This document shows positions 42,734 through 59,084 of a stretch of DNA of 64,000 nt, in pieces. Location of the stretch: NCBI RefSeq assembly GCF_009914755.1, contig NC_060927.1; one strand, written 5' to 3'. This stretch comes from the human T2T-CHM13v2.0 reference genome, Homo sapiens. Made by a program: the position numbers and the translations under genes. How positions within the stretch are numbered: position 1 is the stretch's first letter; every line of letters begins with the position of its first letter. Under the pieces are notes generated by a model. The model had not been told where the DNA came from. It saw nothing but the letters and a program-made list of their open reading frames with translations, and did not search any database.

Positions 42734-44639
42734 AGAAGGGAAATTTTTCTGACTGATAGAACTGTATCTCAAGACAGTGGGGCAAACTCCCATTGCTTTT
42801 ATTCTTTGTCCTTCTACCACTTGGCCCTGGACATAGGTGCAGTTGTGCAAGTGCATGAGAAAATTTGGCCTGGGGACCGAAAAAGGGAGCCCCAGCAAAT
42901 CACAAAGTATGGCAGAGACTGTAGACAGGGTGAAGTGTGAGAAAGCAACCCCATGAAGTAGTTCGTGAATGCTTGAGCTCATTGCCAAAGCTGTGCATGC
43001 ATGGATTTGATCCTACTTAGTGTACCAAAGACACTGAAAACTGAAACAACAGAGACAACAACACCCAGGTCACATACCGGGTGTTGCACAAATATAAAAT
43101 AAGTGAAATCATATAAAGTATGTTCTTGGATCATAATAAAATTAAGCTAGAAGTCAATAGCAAAGAATAACTGGAAAGCCTCTAAATACATGGAAACTAA
43201 ACAACACATTTCTAAACAGCCTATGGGAAAATCTCAAGGAGTATTAGAAAATATTTTGAACTAAATGAAAATAAAAGTAATACATTTAAACATTTGCAGG
43301 ATGCAGCTAAAGCAGTGTTTAGAGGGAAATTTATAGCATTAAAATACTTGTATTGGCAAAAATGCAAGGTATCCAGTCAGTAATCTAAGAAGCTATAGAG
43401 AACAAAATAAACCAAAAGCAAGCAGAAGGAAAGAAATAAGAGTAGAAATCAATTAAACTGTATATGGAAAAACAATAGAGAAAAATCAATGAAACCAAAA
43501 GTTGCTTCTTTGGAAAAAAATCAATACAATTGATAAACCTCTACAAGTCTGACAAGAAAAAGAGAAGACATAAAATACCAAAATCAGAATGAAAAAGGTC
43601 ATATCACTACAAACTGTGCAACTATCAAAAGGACAATAAACAAATACTATAAACAACTCTATTGATATACATTAAAAAATTTAATGAAATAGATGGAATT
43701 CCTTGAAAATCACAAATTACAAAAACTCATCCAAGATGAAATAAATAACTTGAACAATCCTAATTACTAAAGAAGTTGACTTTGTGGTTAAAAACCTTTC
43801 AAATAAGAAACCTCCAGGCCCAGATGGTCTCTTGGTAAATTCTACCAAACCTTCAAAGAAGAAATAACACCAAATATACTCAATTTCTTCCAAAAAATAG
43901 AAGAGGAAGGAATACTTCCAATTAATTCTATGAGGCCAACATTATCCTCACACCAAAACCAGTCAAAGACATTATGAGAACAGAAAACTACACACCAATG
44001 CCTGTCATGAACATGGATAAAAATCCTCAACAAAATATTAGCAAATCAAATCCAGCAACACATAAAATGAATAATACACCATGACCAAGGAATGGAAGGC
44101 TGGTTCAATATTTGAAAATCAGTGAATGTAATCCACCAGTATTGAAAATCAGTGAACGTAATCCACCATACTGACAGCCTAAAGAAGCAGCCACATGTCC
44201 ATATCAATTGATGCAGAAAAGGCTTTTGACAGAATTCAGTATCTGTTCATGATATTAACAAAACTATCAGCAAATTAGGGATAGAAAGAAATGTTCTCAA
44301 CCTGATAAATGATGTCAACAAAAAAAACCTAAAGCTGACATCATACTTAATAGTGAAATGAATGCTTTCCCCCTAAGATTGGAGTAAGACATAGATATTC
44401 ACTCTTATCACTCCTAGTTAGTACCCTTTTGGAAGTTGCTGCCAGTGCGAAAAGGCAAGAAATAAGACAACAAGCACACAGATTGAAAAGGAAGAAATAA
44501 ACCTGTCTATGTAGAGCATCCTAAGGATTGTACTAAAAAACTCTGGTCACAAGATACAGGTCAGCACTCAGAATCAATTCTATTTTTTTTTATACTAGCA
44601 ATGGAAAATTTGAAACTGAAGTTTAAATATACCATTTAT

Positions 44640-44951
<312 letters not shown>

Positions 44952-45875
44952 TTAAATATTTTGGTATAAATCTAATAAAACACGCACAGGATTTGTATGC
45001 TGAAAACTACACAATGCTGGTAAGAGAAATAAAAGAAGATCTAAATAAATTTAGAGATATATTGTGTTCATGAACTGGAAGATGCAACAGAATAAAGATG
45101 TTAATTCTCTCCAATGTGATCAATAGGTTCAATGCAATTCTAATAAAAATCCAACCAAAATTTTTGTCAATATAGACAAGCTGATTCTAAAAATTCATGT
45201 GGAAAAACAAATAAACTATAATAGCTAAACAATTATGAAAAAGAATAAAGTAGAAGGAATCATACTGCTCAATTTTAAGACTATAATTAAGACAGCGTAG
45301 TACTGGTGAAGGGACAGACACATAGATCAATGGAACAGAACTAGAGTCCAGAAATTGACTCATACTAATATGGTCAACTGATTTTTGGCAAAGGAGCAAA
45401 AGCAATTCAATGGAGAAAGGATATCTTTTCAATAAATGGTGCTGGAATAGTTAGACATTCATATGCAAACGTTAACCTCAACCAAAACCTCCCATCTCGT
45501 ACAAAACTAACTTAGATCATAAATCTAAATGCAAACCTATAAAACTTAAAATGTTTTATATAAATGTTTTACTATAAAAATGTAAAACCATAAAATCTGT
45601 AGAGGAAAACATAAGAGAAAACCTGCATCATCTAGGATTAGGCAAAGAGTTCTGAGACATGATATCAAAAGCACAATCCATAGAAGAAAAGAAGAGTAAT
45701 CAGACTTCATCAAAATGAAAACTATTGCTTTGTGAAAGATACTGTTAAAAGGAAAAGATAATCTATACACTGAAAGAAAAATCTTTGCAAATCAAACATT
45801 TTACAAAGTGTTATTCAGGGAAGTACATTCCTGTGATTGCTACAATCTTTCAAACCAATTGTGAAATTGGCTCAC

Positions 45876-45990
45876 CCATTTGTCACCAAGACTCCAGTTG
45901 GCACCAAATCCCTGTTGAGAGCTTCCAATGACCAACGACGCAAGTTTTGGGAGGACTTCTTATTTGTTAAGTCGTGTACGAAAATAATAC
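45876..45990 (-). CDS. RABL3: RABL3 exon 4 (aa 90-128)
   Basis: 115 nt, TTTAG|...GG|GTGAG; (G)[37 protein letters not shown](G). Confidence 0.98.
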
Positions 45991-48900
45991 CTAAAATAAT
46001 CAGAGAAAACAATGTTAATCCCTTAACAATTCCTCTTCATTTCACAATTGGCCAAATGAAGCTTAGTAAACAGAAGCATTAGGTTGCTTAATGAATCTAG
46101 CATTCTAGTATGACTAACAACTCAGAGACAATTATTTTAAAATTTTCTCTACAAATATTTATAAATAGCCATAAACCTTTCTCTGTCAGTTTTATAACTC
46201 TTTATTTTACAAGGGCTGACGAAATCCCATTAAACTTTTAGCAGATCTTTACTTCATTCAACACTTCCTGAGTGCCTACTCCATGCCTGTTCCTACCTGT
46301 AGAACCACTTTATTAATCAAGAGAATCAAAACTACTTCAAGTACATATGAAATTATTCACTCAAAAAGTTATGTTGTTTCTTCACTGTACACAGTACTGC
46401 CATAGATACCAGTACATACATATATTACTTATACTCACTAAAAGTAATATTAGGTAATGAAAATCTACTAAAATAGTACTGATTTGATACAATTGCTATT
46501 CTTTAGCTGACAAAATAGTGTCCTGTAGATCATCTGAGACTAATCTATTCAAATGTCTAATTTTCTAGTTCTTTGAATAATGATTAGTTATGTAAGCTTC
46601 CTACCTGTAAGAGATTTAGTTATTAGAGCAAAAGAAATATGCCACTATAAGAGAGTGGGTGAGACATTAAATAGTAAAGAAGTATGGATAGTAGAAAGTA
46701 CATGCACGGATTTTGATAGATTGAGAAAAATAACAAAATGTAACGAGGCCCAGAAATACAATAAAATACAACTGAAGAGAATCAATTAAAATCCTAGATA
46801 GAAAGGAAAATCAGGGAATTAATTATTACAGCAAGATATAGACAAAAGAGGAAAAACTTTGATGCCCACTAGAATTTAGGATATCACCTTATGGTCAAAA
46901 CACTACAGGTTTCAAACTCCCAACCCTTTTCTATATTACCCAGATTGTGAATAGGACATGAAACCAATGATTCCTCCATCTTCAAGAGGTGGTATGTGTC
47001 AATTTGAAAAAGAAAAGCAGAAGAGGTAGAATTAGCTGGCTTCTACAGTTTTTATAGCCATCTGTGTAACTAAAGGGCTTGTACAAGCTATAGCTGACTT
47101 GTTCCAGCCAGCTTAGATAAACCTGCATCTCTTCTGGTGTCTGAAACTAATAGAGATCTGACACTTGCCCTAATATCCAATTGTACCCACTCTTCCTTCC
47201 TCAATGAGGGGTTTTAATCAGCATCAGTGGCACAGATTTAAAAAAAGGAATAAAGAACCACCATTAAAGACTACAGCTAATATTTATTCAGTACTAATGT
47301 ACTAAATATTGTGCTTTACATGTGTTATCTAATTTAATTTTCAGAACAGTCCTATGAAGAATTATTATTATCTTTATACACAAGAGAAAACTAAAGTTCA
47401 GAGAAGTAGAGTAACTTGTCCTTGGGCACATGGTAAGTCAGAATTTGCACTCAGGTAATCTGACAGTAAAGACTGGTGGTAAGCAGAATAAAATCTCCAT
47501 TTTAGGGCAAAAAACTGGCATATATTTTCTCCCTTTCCTTTTCCCCAGGCTATAAATATGGCAAAACTATGGGTGAGAATTTTGGACGGGGGAGTAAAAG
47601 AATTACAAAGGCCTAAGTTGGCTATTAGATGGACAGGGAAGACTTTACTGAGGATCTTTAGGTAAGACTTTTGAGCTTTTAAGGGCATTTGAGTACCCTT
47701 TTCCCCTATTCTTTCTCTTTCATTTGGGCTGAGAGTTATTGCTTTGTAGAACATGTGCTAGAAGAATCAAGGTGGGGCTGAGATGAAAGGAGTCAGGGTG
47801 ATATGATAATATATCTTAATCTTAAGGGAGAGAAGTAAAGACACTTCATTATTTCCTTCTGAAGGATTACTAGCCTAGGCTATTAGAGAGGGAAGAATGT
47901 AGGGTATTAAGGGAAGAAAGTTATCGCTAAGAATATGGACTGTGCATTTGGATAGAGTGATCCTTATGTTCAGTTTCTTAGGAAACTAAGGATAGTAGAT
48001 GGAATAAAGAACTTTGAGTGCTTCTACCAGGAAGAATGTTCCAGAGCTAAGGTGAAAGAACACAGAAATAGGTTTTTCAATAAATGCAGTTTTTTTTTTT
48101 TACTTTTAAGAAATGGAAATATATTTCAGTCTTATCTGCAAAATCAACATAGGATATATGCAATTCTTTCAATAATATTAAAGGAGACAAATCACTAATG
48201 AATAGTAGGTACAGAAAAGATAAACAAATATAGATTAGATGGATTTCTTCTTCAGCACTTACAAGTTTACAACTCAGAATTCCATAGCTTCTAGGATTTG
48301 AGTGGTATTTATCTCTATTATTTATTCATAATTTTTATTGTACCTCTGTCTCAAAAATACCTAAATATCAAAGGTGTTATATATTCAGACTTCTCTGTGC
48401 CAGATCAGATAGATATCTTAATTTGACAAGTAATTTTACTGATACAAGTTGATCACTCTAGTATAAGTCTAAACTAGGTTTCACTTCCTTCTCTAAGAGG
48501 TCACCTCACACTATACTTAGTCTTATTGTTGTTTTTCTTATTTATATGCATTCTATTCATATATACCATTGTATATACCTTTTTGCATGATGATGGCATA
48601 TATCAAGGTCATCTTATAACTATTTTTGTCTCATTTATGAATGCTTTGTTTCTTTATTAAGACTGACATTTTCAGATAGAATTCTGAGCTAAATAGGATA
48701 TGGGTCTGAACTGACACATCTCATTCTGTATTCTATAATATGTATCCAATGAAAAGAACCTTCTCTACATCTTTTTGTAGAGTCTACAACACCTCATGAT
48801 CTGGGAAGACATCAGAAGAGGAATATAAGGAATGAACATACTGAATAAATGCAATGCTTACCTAATATTGAGTGAGATCTAAGCACAGCATAAATGAAGT

Positions 48901-49653
48901 CTATTAATGGCTATGCATTTACCAGGAGGGAAATGCCAAATCCTTTGGTATATTAATCAAACAGAAGTTGAAATTATGTTTCACAGTAAAAACAGGTTTT
49001 AAAAATGAATTTTTAAAAAGACTAAGAAAGAAACTCTATTGGCAAATCACAGGTATAAGCAGTTTAGTCTCTTGACACAGAGTAGGTACTCTATGAAAGG
49101 AAATTATGTCGTATATTACACAGCTCCATCTGGAAGTCTGCTCCAGGTATTTGAATATCTATAACTGGATAAAATTTCTGCACCCATAAAGACCCCCTTA
49201 AGCAGCTCTTTATAACTAGCTGAGAAAGAGCCTTAGGGCTCTTTCTAAGGGGCAGATGAAAGAAATCCCTCTATCTCTGTGTTATCTGGCTTAAGACTAT
49301 GGGACTCCTATGGTCCTACTGTACTTACTCAACTCACTGGAGACAGAGCAACCCCAGAGGACAACATTTTAAGTTCCATGTTTTATGTCAAGTACCAAAA
49401 ATATGATTTTATTTCTCAATATTTAGTTTATGACAATAATATAAATAGAAACACTTAATGTTTAATGTTCTGAATTAGATGGTTACAATGTAGAAACGCA
49501 AACTGGAATGTACTATGCAGATTTAAATCAAGGGTTGTGAGTACATTATATCTTTCTCAAATTAAGATGAGTCTGGCATGCTATGGCATTACATATCAGA
49601 TGATCTATACTCTTAGACCATTAATATAAGATAGAAATTTAAAAATGTTTTAC

Positions 49654-49783
49654 CATTTACGGAGTTGTAGAATACTGCTCTTGTGCTTTTCACGCTGCTG
49701 GCACTGCCCACAGAGCCTCCAACATCCCATAATTCTATGTAGTAGGTCTTCTCTTCTGGGGTTCCTTCTTTGTAATCATGAAC
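49654..49783 (-). CDS. RABL3: RABL3 exon 3 (aa 47-90)
   Basis: 130 nt; [43 protein letters not shown](G), with G3-like WDVGG. Exons 1-2 lie right of the window. Confidence 0.98.
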
Positions 49784-49879
49784 CTAACAAATCAATCAAT
49801 TAAAATAATTAATATAGCCACTAAACAAACTAGTAAGTACCCTTATTCCGGTTTAAAGCATTTCAGCATCTTACTCTGA

Positions 49880-51470
49880 CTTTCTGATCGCTACCTCTTA
49901 TCTTTTAAGCTTACTCTCTTTAATACTTTAATAATTTTTACTCCAGAGGACCTTATAGTTAATTAATCTTAACATCTTTCACAGCTCTCTGTTCCACTTC
50001 CGAAGCCTCACCTCCCTCCTAACTAAGCATAAATTTCATGATCCATCATACAGTCACTCCTTTGCCCCTCTCTCACATTGTATTCATCTGACAAAATTCC
50101 ACTCTTGGTTATATCCACCTTTTACCCTCTTTCATGTCTACAACCCAGCAACCGAATGTGGAGCTCGGAAAAATACGCATTCAAGATGAATGGATTCTTT
50201 CTAAATTTAAGTGTACCTTTGGAGCTGTCCTTCAATCAATTCCACAGTTAATTTACCATTTTCCTCTTCCAGATAACTATTTCATACTTTTTCCTCTTTA
50301 TAAACTTCTAATATCTCTTCCCCATCCTCAGTTAAAACTAACTTTGCTTCCTAGTGCAGAAGCAATTAGAAAGGAGCTTCTACAACCTGTTCTTCCTGTA
50401 TTTATCTGCCTTTCTCCATCTGTGCCCACATAATCTGCTTTCCTTCTTGCTGTTTTCTTAGGCTGCCTATGTCCCTAAGGCTAAATCCTCCTTCTGTGCA
50501 TGAGATCCCATCCCCACTTTCTTGCTTAAAGATGTAATTCTACCAGTTCTCCCGTCTCTCCCTTATACCATCAAATTTTCCTTCTCAGCTGGATAATCCT
50601 CACCACACAATTCAATTCTCAGCATACAAACATGGCATAATTTTCCTCATCTAAAAAAAATCCTTCTCTTGACCTCAAGTCCTCTTCCAGCTACCATGCC
50701 ACTTTCCTTTTCCTTTTCACAGCAAAAGTCCTCCAAAGAGTTGTCTATTCTTAGCGGTAATCCTTTTCTTCACATTCTCTTTTGAACTCATTTCTATCGA
50801 ACTTATGCCCTAATGACCCCAATGAACTATTCCTTGTCAAGGTCACCAATGACCTCCACATTGTTAACTCCAATGGTCAATTAACAGTTTTCATTTTACT
50901 CCACCATTTGATCCACCTCGTGTCTTGCAACATTTTTCACCTGGCTTCTGGGATATCACACTCTTCTAGTTTTCTTCCTATCTCATTGGCTAGTGCTTTT
51001 CAGCTTCCATTTGGGTCCTTCTTATCTCTCTGATTTCTAATTGCTAATGTGTCTCAAGGTTTAGTTCTTCAGTCTCTTTTCTTTTCTATCAATACTCATT
51101 CTTGTGGCAATTTCATCTAAAAGGCAATTTTATTCTTCCAGTTACTTGGGCCAAAAACTTAAGACTGATCCTTGACTCCTTTCATATTGCATTATTGCAT
51201 TTGCCAACAAGTTCTGCTTCTTTGACTTTAAAAAAATATGTCAAAAATCTGTTCATTTCTCCCTATCTCCACTATTACCACCCAGGTCAAAGTCTCTATC
51301 TCCTTGCCTGAATTGATATAATGGTCTCTGACTGATCTCCCTACTAGAGGCATCCCCCAACCTCCCTGTTTGTTTTCTATACAGTAGCTAGAGTGATCCT
51401 TTAAAAATGCAAGTTATATCATACGCTCTTTTGCTCAAAACCCTCCAATGACTTTCTCACTCACAGTTAT
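49880..51470 (+). mobile_element. Long L2 fragment
   Basis: Pyrimidine-rich; cttgtcaaggtcaccaatgacctccacattg and ccttgactcct...caaaaccctccaatg are L2 hallmarks. Confidence 0.8.
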
Positions 51471-53604
51471 CTCCAAAGACTCTCTTTTTCTCATGTCTAG
51501 GCTCTATAGGCATTTACTGCCTGTACTGTATAACTATTCAGAAACAAATTATGATATATGGCAAGCAGATTAAAGTATGCTGGTTCATGAGTACACATCG
51601 GCATTTTCCAAGAATTAATTTTTTTTAAGAAATATACATGCCAATCTTACTGAATCAGGACCTTTGGGATTAAATACTAGGCATGTGTATTTTGAACAAT
51701 TCTCCAAACGATTCTGCTGTAATCCCCTCGTTAAGAACTGCTGCTTTCATAGAATGGGACTATTACAGTATCAGGAGGCCTAGATTCTACTCCTTGATTG
51801 CCACTGATCGTCCCTGGTATCTTGGAGCCTCAGTTTCTTTGCCTATAAAATGAAAGAATTGTATTATGTGATTTCTAAAGTATCTACTGGCTTTGACATA
51901 ATAATTAAAAAAACAAGATAGCTCAGTAGTTAAAATAGATGTCATAAAATGCACTAAAACTCACATACTACATTCAACTTAATGCTTTACACTTTTACTT
52001 ATTCACAATTTTTTTGTCCAAATCCTTTTGGCCAAGGAAAAATTTAAATAAATATGCTACTCTATAAACAGCCACATTGACATTAAGAAGACAATTATCA
52101 GACTGACATCAAAGACAGTATGACAGAAAAATGAGAATAGCACAGTTGCAGCAGTTGAGGACCATTTGGGATAATGGAAATTAATTCTGCATATTACAAT
52201 AGAAGGCATCACTATTTTGTTATATGGCAAAAATAACTTATAATATGTGATCATGTCAAGTTAGCAGTAAAAAAGTTAAACCAAGCAGAAAAAACATATG
52301 TTTTAGCAAGATTTCTAAGCAAAACAATGAGAAAAAGCAGTATGAGGTCTTATAAAGAGTAAGTTATCTGTTATGAAAAAGCTCAGCGACTTCAGTTAAG
52401 TCTTTCTGATCCTACCTTCCTTCTGGGCCCAAATCAACCAGAGCAGGTTTGGTACTCCTCCTATTTGCTTCCATAGCATCCTACACACCTCTATCATTTC
52501 ACTAAGCACACTGTCTTATTTATCTACTGATATCTCTTCTTCTAGACTCTGAGTGTAAGGGCACGGACCATGTATTATTCATCCTTTAGCCCTAGAAAAT
52601 AGCATAATATCTAGCATATATTAGATGCTTAGACATGTTTATTAAATACATGAATAAATTTAGGATAACTCATCCTCCAGGTTTTTATTATGTTCAGTTT
52701 ATTATTTACCGAATTCCAGTGTTTCTCCAGTACAGTTCCAAGAGCAAACTAAATCAAAGCCAATAGGAAGTTTGTTAAAAAATACAGATTCCTGGACTGT
52801 CCTTGAAACTTCTGGGATGGGGCTCAAGAGTCTGTATTTTTTTTTTTTAAAGTTCCCTAGGTGATTCTGATACATGATTAAGTTTGGCAACCACTGCAGT
52901 ACACCATTTTTTTTCTCTAAATTATTTCAAGTACCTAATGTTGCCTCCTCTAAAGGACTATAACTCCTCTGAGAATAGCCATCATCCAATGTAAATTTCT
53001 AGGCAGCATACCCTCTTAGCCTTGCATTGTACCAAACCTGTTAGCCAGCACCTTTCAGGCTATGCATACTCCCAAGCCAGACTGACTCACTCATCTAAAC
53101 TCTTCTCTACCACAAATTACCTTTCCTAGTCAAATCCTTTCCTGTTTCCTTTTAAAATCAGAAGATAAGGTGTCTTCTTTCCTTTCCAACTTAATACTGG
53201 CTAAGTTTAACCCAATTCACATGGAATGAATCCCAACAATTTTAAATCAGTAGCTTACAGCTTCTAGTTATGATGTTACATCTTTCACATGTGTGAGTAA
53301 TTTCCAAGGGAAAGCTTGACATTATAACAAGTATTGCTCTTGACACAGTAAGTAGTACTTTGGTGCTATACTGAGAACCCAACATGATGGGAGGTAATGC
53401 CAAACTATGAGAAGTGTGTTTTATATTTAAAGCAGGTCATCAAGGATCTGATACTTAAAGTCATTACAGACCTTACAGCTATACAATAAAGGATTTTCTT
53501 AACAATAAAGGAAGCAACAGTACAGCTGATCATCAAATGGAAAAAGGAACAGTACTCCTCAACGATGCTGCCACTTTGGACCTTCTCATTTATTCAGCTT
53601 TTGA

Positions 53605-53983
<379 letters not shown>

Positions 53984-55082
53984 CATTGTTTGTAACTTTT
54001 AAAATGCAGAAACATATTTAGAAAAAAAATGATACACATCAAGAAAGAACAGTGGATATTGTAGATGCTAATAAGTTTGGTTTAGTATTTGTACCTGCAG
54101 AATCATTATTAAAGAGAGGAAGGGAGGTAGGAGGTCTTAGGAGGGAGTTGGTAACAAAGAGAGAAGGGTGAAAAAGAGATACTAGGAGAATATACCACAG
54201 GAGCAGAAATTAATTTATCTCATTCACTGCTATACTTCCAGTTCCTTGCACAGTGTCTGATACCAAGGAGGTATGTAACATATGTATTGAAGGAAGAAAT
54301 GAACAAATGAATAGTGTAAAGGTTACTGCTGTCTCTTCACTTCCAGTTACTGCTCTTTTGCCTTCAGTCAAGCTTATTTTTTTCTAATTAAAAAAAAGCC
54401 CTTCACTTTCCCTGCCATTCTGTACCCATTCACTCTTTTATTTAACGTCTAAACTTCGTGAAAAATTGAGTTAAACCTCTGTCTCTATTTCCTCTCTGCC
54501 AGTCATATAATTTGGTTTCTGCCACAAATATTCCATTGCACTTTCAAAGGTCAGCAGAGACTTTACAACATATCCAGTATTTTTTTTTCCTGTCTCAGTC
54601 CTTATATTGCTACTGTTTCTTACTAAAAATCAATCCCTCTTTCATGAAATTCTCATCTCTCTTTGCTCTTGTCGTTCATTTTGGCTATCCTCTTATTTCT
54701 TTAATCAGTCTTTCTCTGACCCCTCTTTTCCCATCAACTCTCTAAATATACCCCAACCTTTTTCTAAATTTTCTCTTTTAGAAATTGCATCAGTTCTAGT
54801 GGTTCGGGATTATTTCTATAAATATGATTCCAACTCAGAATTGTCTTTTGAGCTTCAGCATTTCATTTCCAGGACAGCTCCAGGTGGCTAGCTCACAGAT
54901 ACCTCCTTTCACCATGTCCAGAACTGAACTTACTATTGTTTCCTTCTTTTTCACCTATAATATGGCCCTCTTCTTGGGGACAGTCCATCTAGCCACTTAC
55001 TTAAGCCACCCATTCAATCATTAGTGCCTAGGATAATTTTACACTTACTTTCTTGAACTACTATAACACTTGTTTTCTATAT

Positions 55083-55602
55083 CAGTGCTGTCCCATGGAA
55101 TTTTCTACAGCCATAGAAATGCCCAATACAGGCCAGGTGTGGTGGCTCATGCCTATAATCCCAGCACATTTGGAGTCTGAGGCAGGCAGATCACTTGAGG
55201 CCAGGAGTTTGAGACCAGCCTGGCCAACATGGCGAAACCTGTCTCTACTAAAAATACAACAATTAGCCAGGCATGGTGGCACGCACCTGTAATCTCAGCT
55301 ACTCAGGAGGCTGAGGCACAAGAATTCTTGATCCTGGGAGGCAGAGGTTGCAGTGAGCCGATATGGTGCCACTGCACTCCAGCTTGGGCAACAGAATGAG
55401 ACTCTTTTTCAAAATAATAATAATAATAATAAATAAAAAAAGAAAGAACGAAATGTCCAATACGGTAACCATTAGCAACATGTGACTACTTAGCAATTGA
55501 AATGTGGCTTGTTTAACTGAGGAGCTAGATTTTTAATTTTAATCAATTTAAATTTAAATTTAAATTGCCACATGAGGCTATTGGCTACTATATTGAACAG
55601 TA
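55083..55602. mobile_element. MER3-like MITE interrupted by an AluS (+, 55131-55448)
   Basis: cagtgctgtcc start, gccacatg...ggctac end; Alu TSD GAAATG(C/T)CCAATAC. Confidence 0.82.
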
Positions 55603-56403
55603 TCAGATTTTTTTTTTTCTTAATACTGTTCTGGAACAAGAGGCAGTACAGAGTAGTGATCAGGAGCACAGGTTCTTGAAGCAGACTGCCTGGGTTTGAA
55701 TCGCAGTTCCATAACTTACTAACTATATGATCCAGGACAAGTCATGTAGTGCCTCTGTGCTTCAATTGCTTCCACGCTAAATGAATAGGGGCACTAACAG
55801 TACCTGCCTCATAGGGTTGTTGTGAGAATTAAATGAATTAGTATGTAAATGGATGCCTAGCCAAAGTAAGCAATAAAAAGTGTCCCACCTCATATGCTTA
55901 GTGAAGATAGAGACTATTCCTCTAATTTCTTCCCAGTGTCTGTACATTGTTAGGCTGTCCAAAGAGGAATTCAATAAATATCAATTGTATGCAATGTGTA
56001 AATTAGAGAGTTAAATTACCATTAAAGTGAACTAGAAATGACAAATCAATTTCCTTATTTATAGTTTGTGAAAAGACTAAATTCTAAATTCATTAAGTCT
56101 TGTTTTCATAATTAAGAGTAGCCATGTATTTGTATTTACTCCCATTAGACTTGGGACAGCAAAGTTAAAGACAGGAATGAATGAAGAATACCACAAAATT
56201 AAACTTTTCTTCCTTTTCTTTTCAATTCAGTTATGAACACCTCTGTACTAAACAGTAAATCCAAAATGTTAGTAATTACTGAGTACATACATTAAACTCA
56301 TTAGCTTCACCTGGTACTTAAGATTAAACAATTACATCATCACTGCTATCATCTCTATTTTTGGTTGGCTCTTAATAGATTTGAAGTAAAAGAGGCAACT
56401 GTT

Positions 56404-56517
56404 GGGTGCAGCACACCAACATGGCACATGTATACATATGTAACAAACCTGCACATTGTGCACATGTACCCTAAAACTTAAAGTATAATAATAATAAAAT
56501 TAAAAAAAAAAGAAAAA
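56404..56517 (+). mobile_element. Extremely 5'-truncated young L1 (L1PA2/3-like) 3' end
   Basis: gggtgcagcacaccaacatgg...ctaaaacttaaagtataataa + poly(A); 16-bp TSD AAAAGAGGCAACTGTT at 56388-56403 and 56518-56533. Confidence 0.93.
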
Positions 56518-56844
56518 AAAAGAGGCAACTGTTTCTAAGAGTTTTGAAAAGTGTGTATTCATCAATCTACACTAATTCTGGAGATCCCTTCGCACAGGTT
56601 TCACTAAAACAAAAACTATAACTGCAATATAAAAGCTGCTACAGGTAACAGTGCTCTCCCAAGTTATTTAGGTAAAGGCTTTATAAGCTTTAGTTATTCT
56701 TTCTATAGAAAAGAACTGTTCACTTTATTATAACAACAGTCAAAGTGATTTACATGTCCATGACAACTTAAGGTTATCATTTAAAAATGCCTTTTACTTA
56801 TGTTATCACTCACGCAGTGCATTCTTCTCAAAAATGGAAGACAT

Positions 56845-57285
<441 letters not shown>

Positions 57286-57331
57286 TTAGTGCCACACTCA
57301 TTCCAGTAAACCCAGTAACGTAATTATATGA

Positions 57332-57658
<327 letters not shown>

Positions 57659-58529
57659 TAAACGGAATTACTGCTATTACTTCTAAAACTTGGTCAGTGT
57701 CTTGAGAACTAACTAGTAATCTCATGTTGGCCTGCTCTCTGGGACTTTGCACAAAAGCATTCCTTGCAGACAAAATCAAGTCTCCACTCTCACATACAGG
57801 GGACTGCTGAGATAAAGTTTCTTTTGGAAACTTTGCCACCAGCTACACTCAAGACATTTATATCCCAGTTATCCTCTGTTACTATACATATTGGGTCCTT
57901 AATTGGTCTCTCATATTCTTATTCTCAGACTGCTTTTGCTTCCTCTACCCATCATTAAACTCCTAATTGTTTCCTTCTCCAAATATTTCCACTTTTCTCC
58001 TGGAATCTTACTCCATGGTTACAAAATTCCATTATACCCTATCCTCAATCTCATTCTATTAACAAATCTCCGCCTCTACCTTGAAAACACAACTTCTCCT
58101 TATGTCCTCTCAGATAGATGCTGTTCACTTTTCAATATTCTAATTACCTTGGAGTTCAGAAAATAGGAAATGCCTTGCTAACACTCCAAAGCTACTTCTA
58201 GTGCATTACTCCTCTACCCTTATATTAAAAATCTGCCTTCTTTAGATGCTCTGGACCATCAGCTATACTCCCCTCCCTCCTTGTCTTATCGTTAATATGT
58301 ACTAGCTTCCTATTAGCATCTCATTCTTAGTCTTATACCTCTGCTCTATAAGTCCTGTCATTAAACACTTTGATATCCACTTGGCAATATGATTGCACTC
58401 CTTACCCAGTATTTCTCAAGGCATTATTCACCTATAAGAGAATCATCAAGATGCTTCTTAAAATGCAGATGCTTGGGCACCAATCAACTCTGAGTCAGAA
58501 TATCTGGGGGCAAGGCCCAAGAATCAAAT

Positions 58530-59084
58530 AAAAATACTAAGACTGTCAGACTGGTCATCAAAACAAAATTTAGCTATATCTTACTTATAAGAGACATCCC
58601 ATAGATATTAGGACACAGAAAGATGAAAGTTGAAATATGTAAATAAGGTAAACCACACAAACACTAACTAAAAATAAGTTGGCTTTAACTATTTTAATAT
58701 CAGACAAAATAGTCTTCGAGGTACAATGTATTACCAGATATAGGGAGGGACATATTAAAATAACAAAATGTTAAATCCTTTAGGAAGTTCAAACAATCAT
58801 AAATTAGTACTCACCTAGTAATATAATCTCAAAGTATATAAATGAAAAATGGACAGGATTAAAATGAGGAATAGACAAATTCACACTTACTGTTGGAGAT
58901 TATAATACTTATTCCTTAGCAATTGATGAAAAAAACAGACCAAAAAAACCCACCCAACAGAGATGGAGAAGATTTAACAAATGATTAACACATATTTAGA
59001 ACACTGCACCCAACAATTACAAAATATACTTTGTTTTCAAGTGCATATGAAATTTTTATCAAAATTGACCATAAAACTGGACGT
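58530..59084 (+). mobile_element. Old L1M ORF2 endonuclease-region remnant
   Basis: Degenerate atatcagacaaaatag, agaacactgcacccaaca, tatcaaaattgacca motifs. Confidence 0.75.

Noticed and set aside
44112-44168. 29-bp tandem duplication
   Set aside because: Ordinary slippage inside a dead L1M
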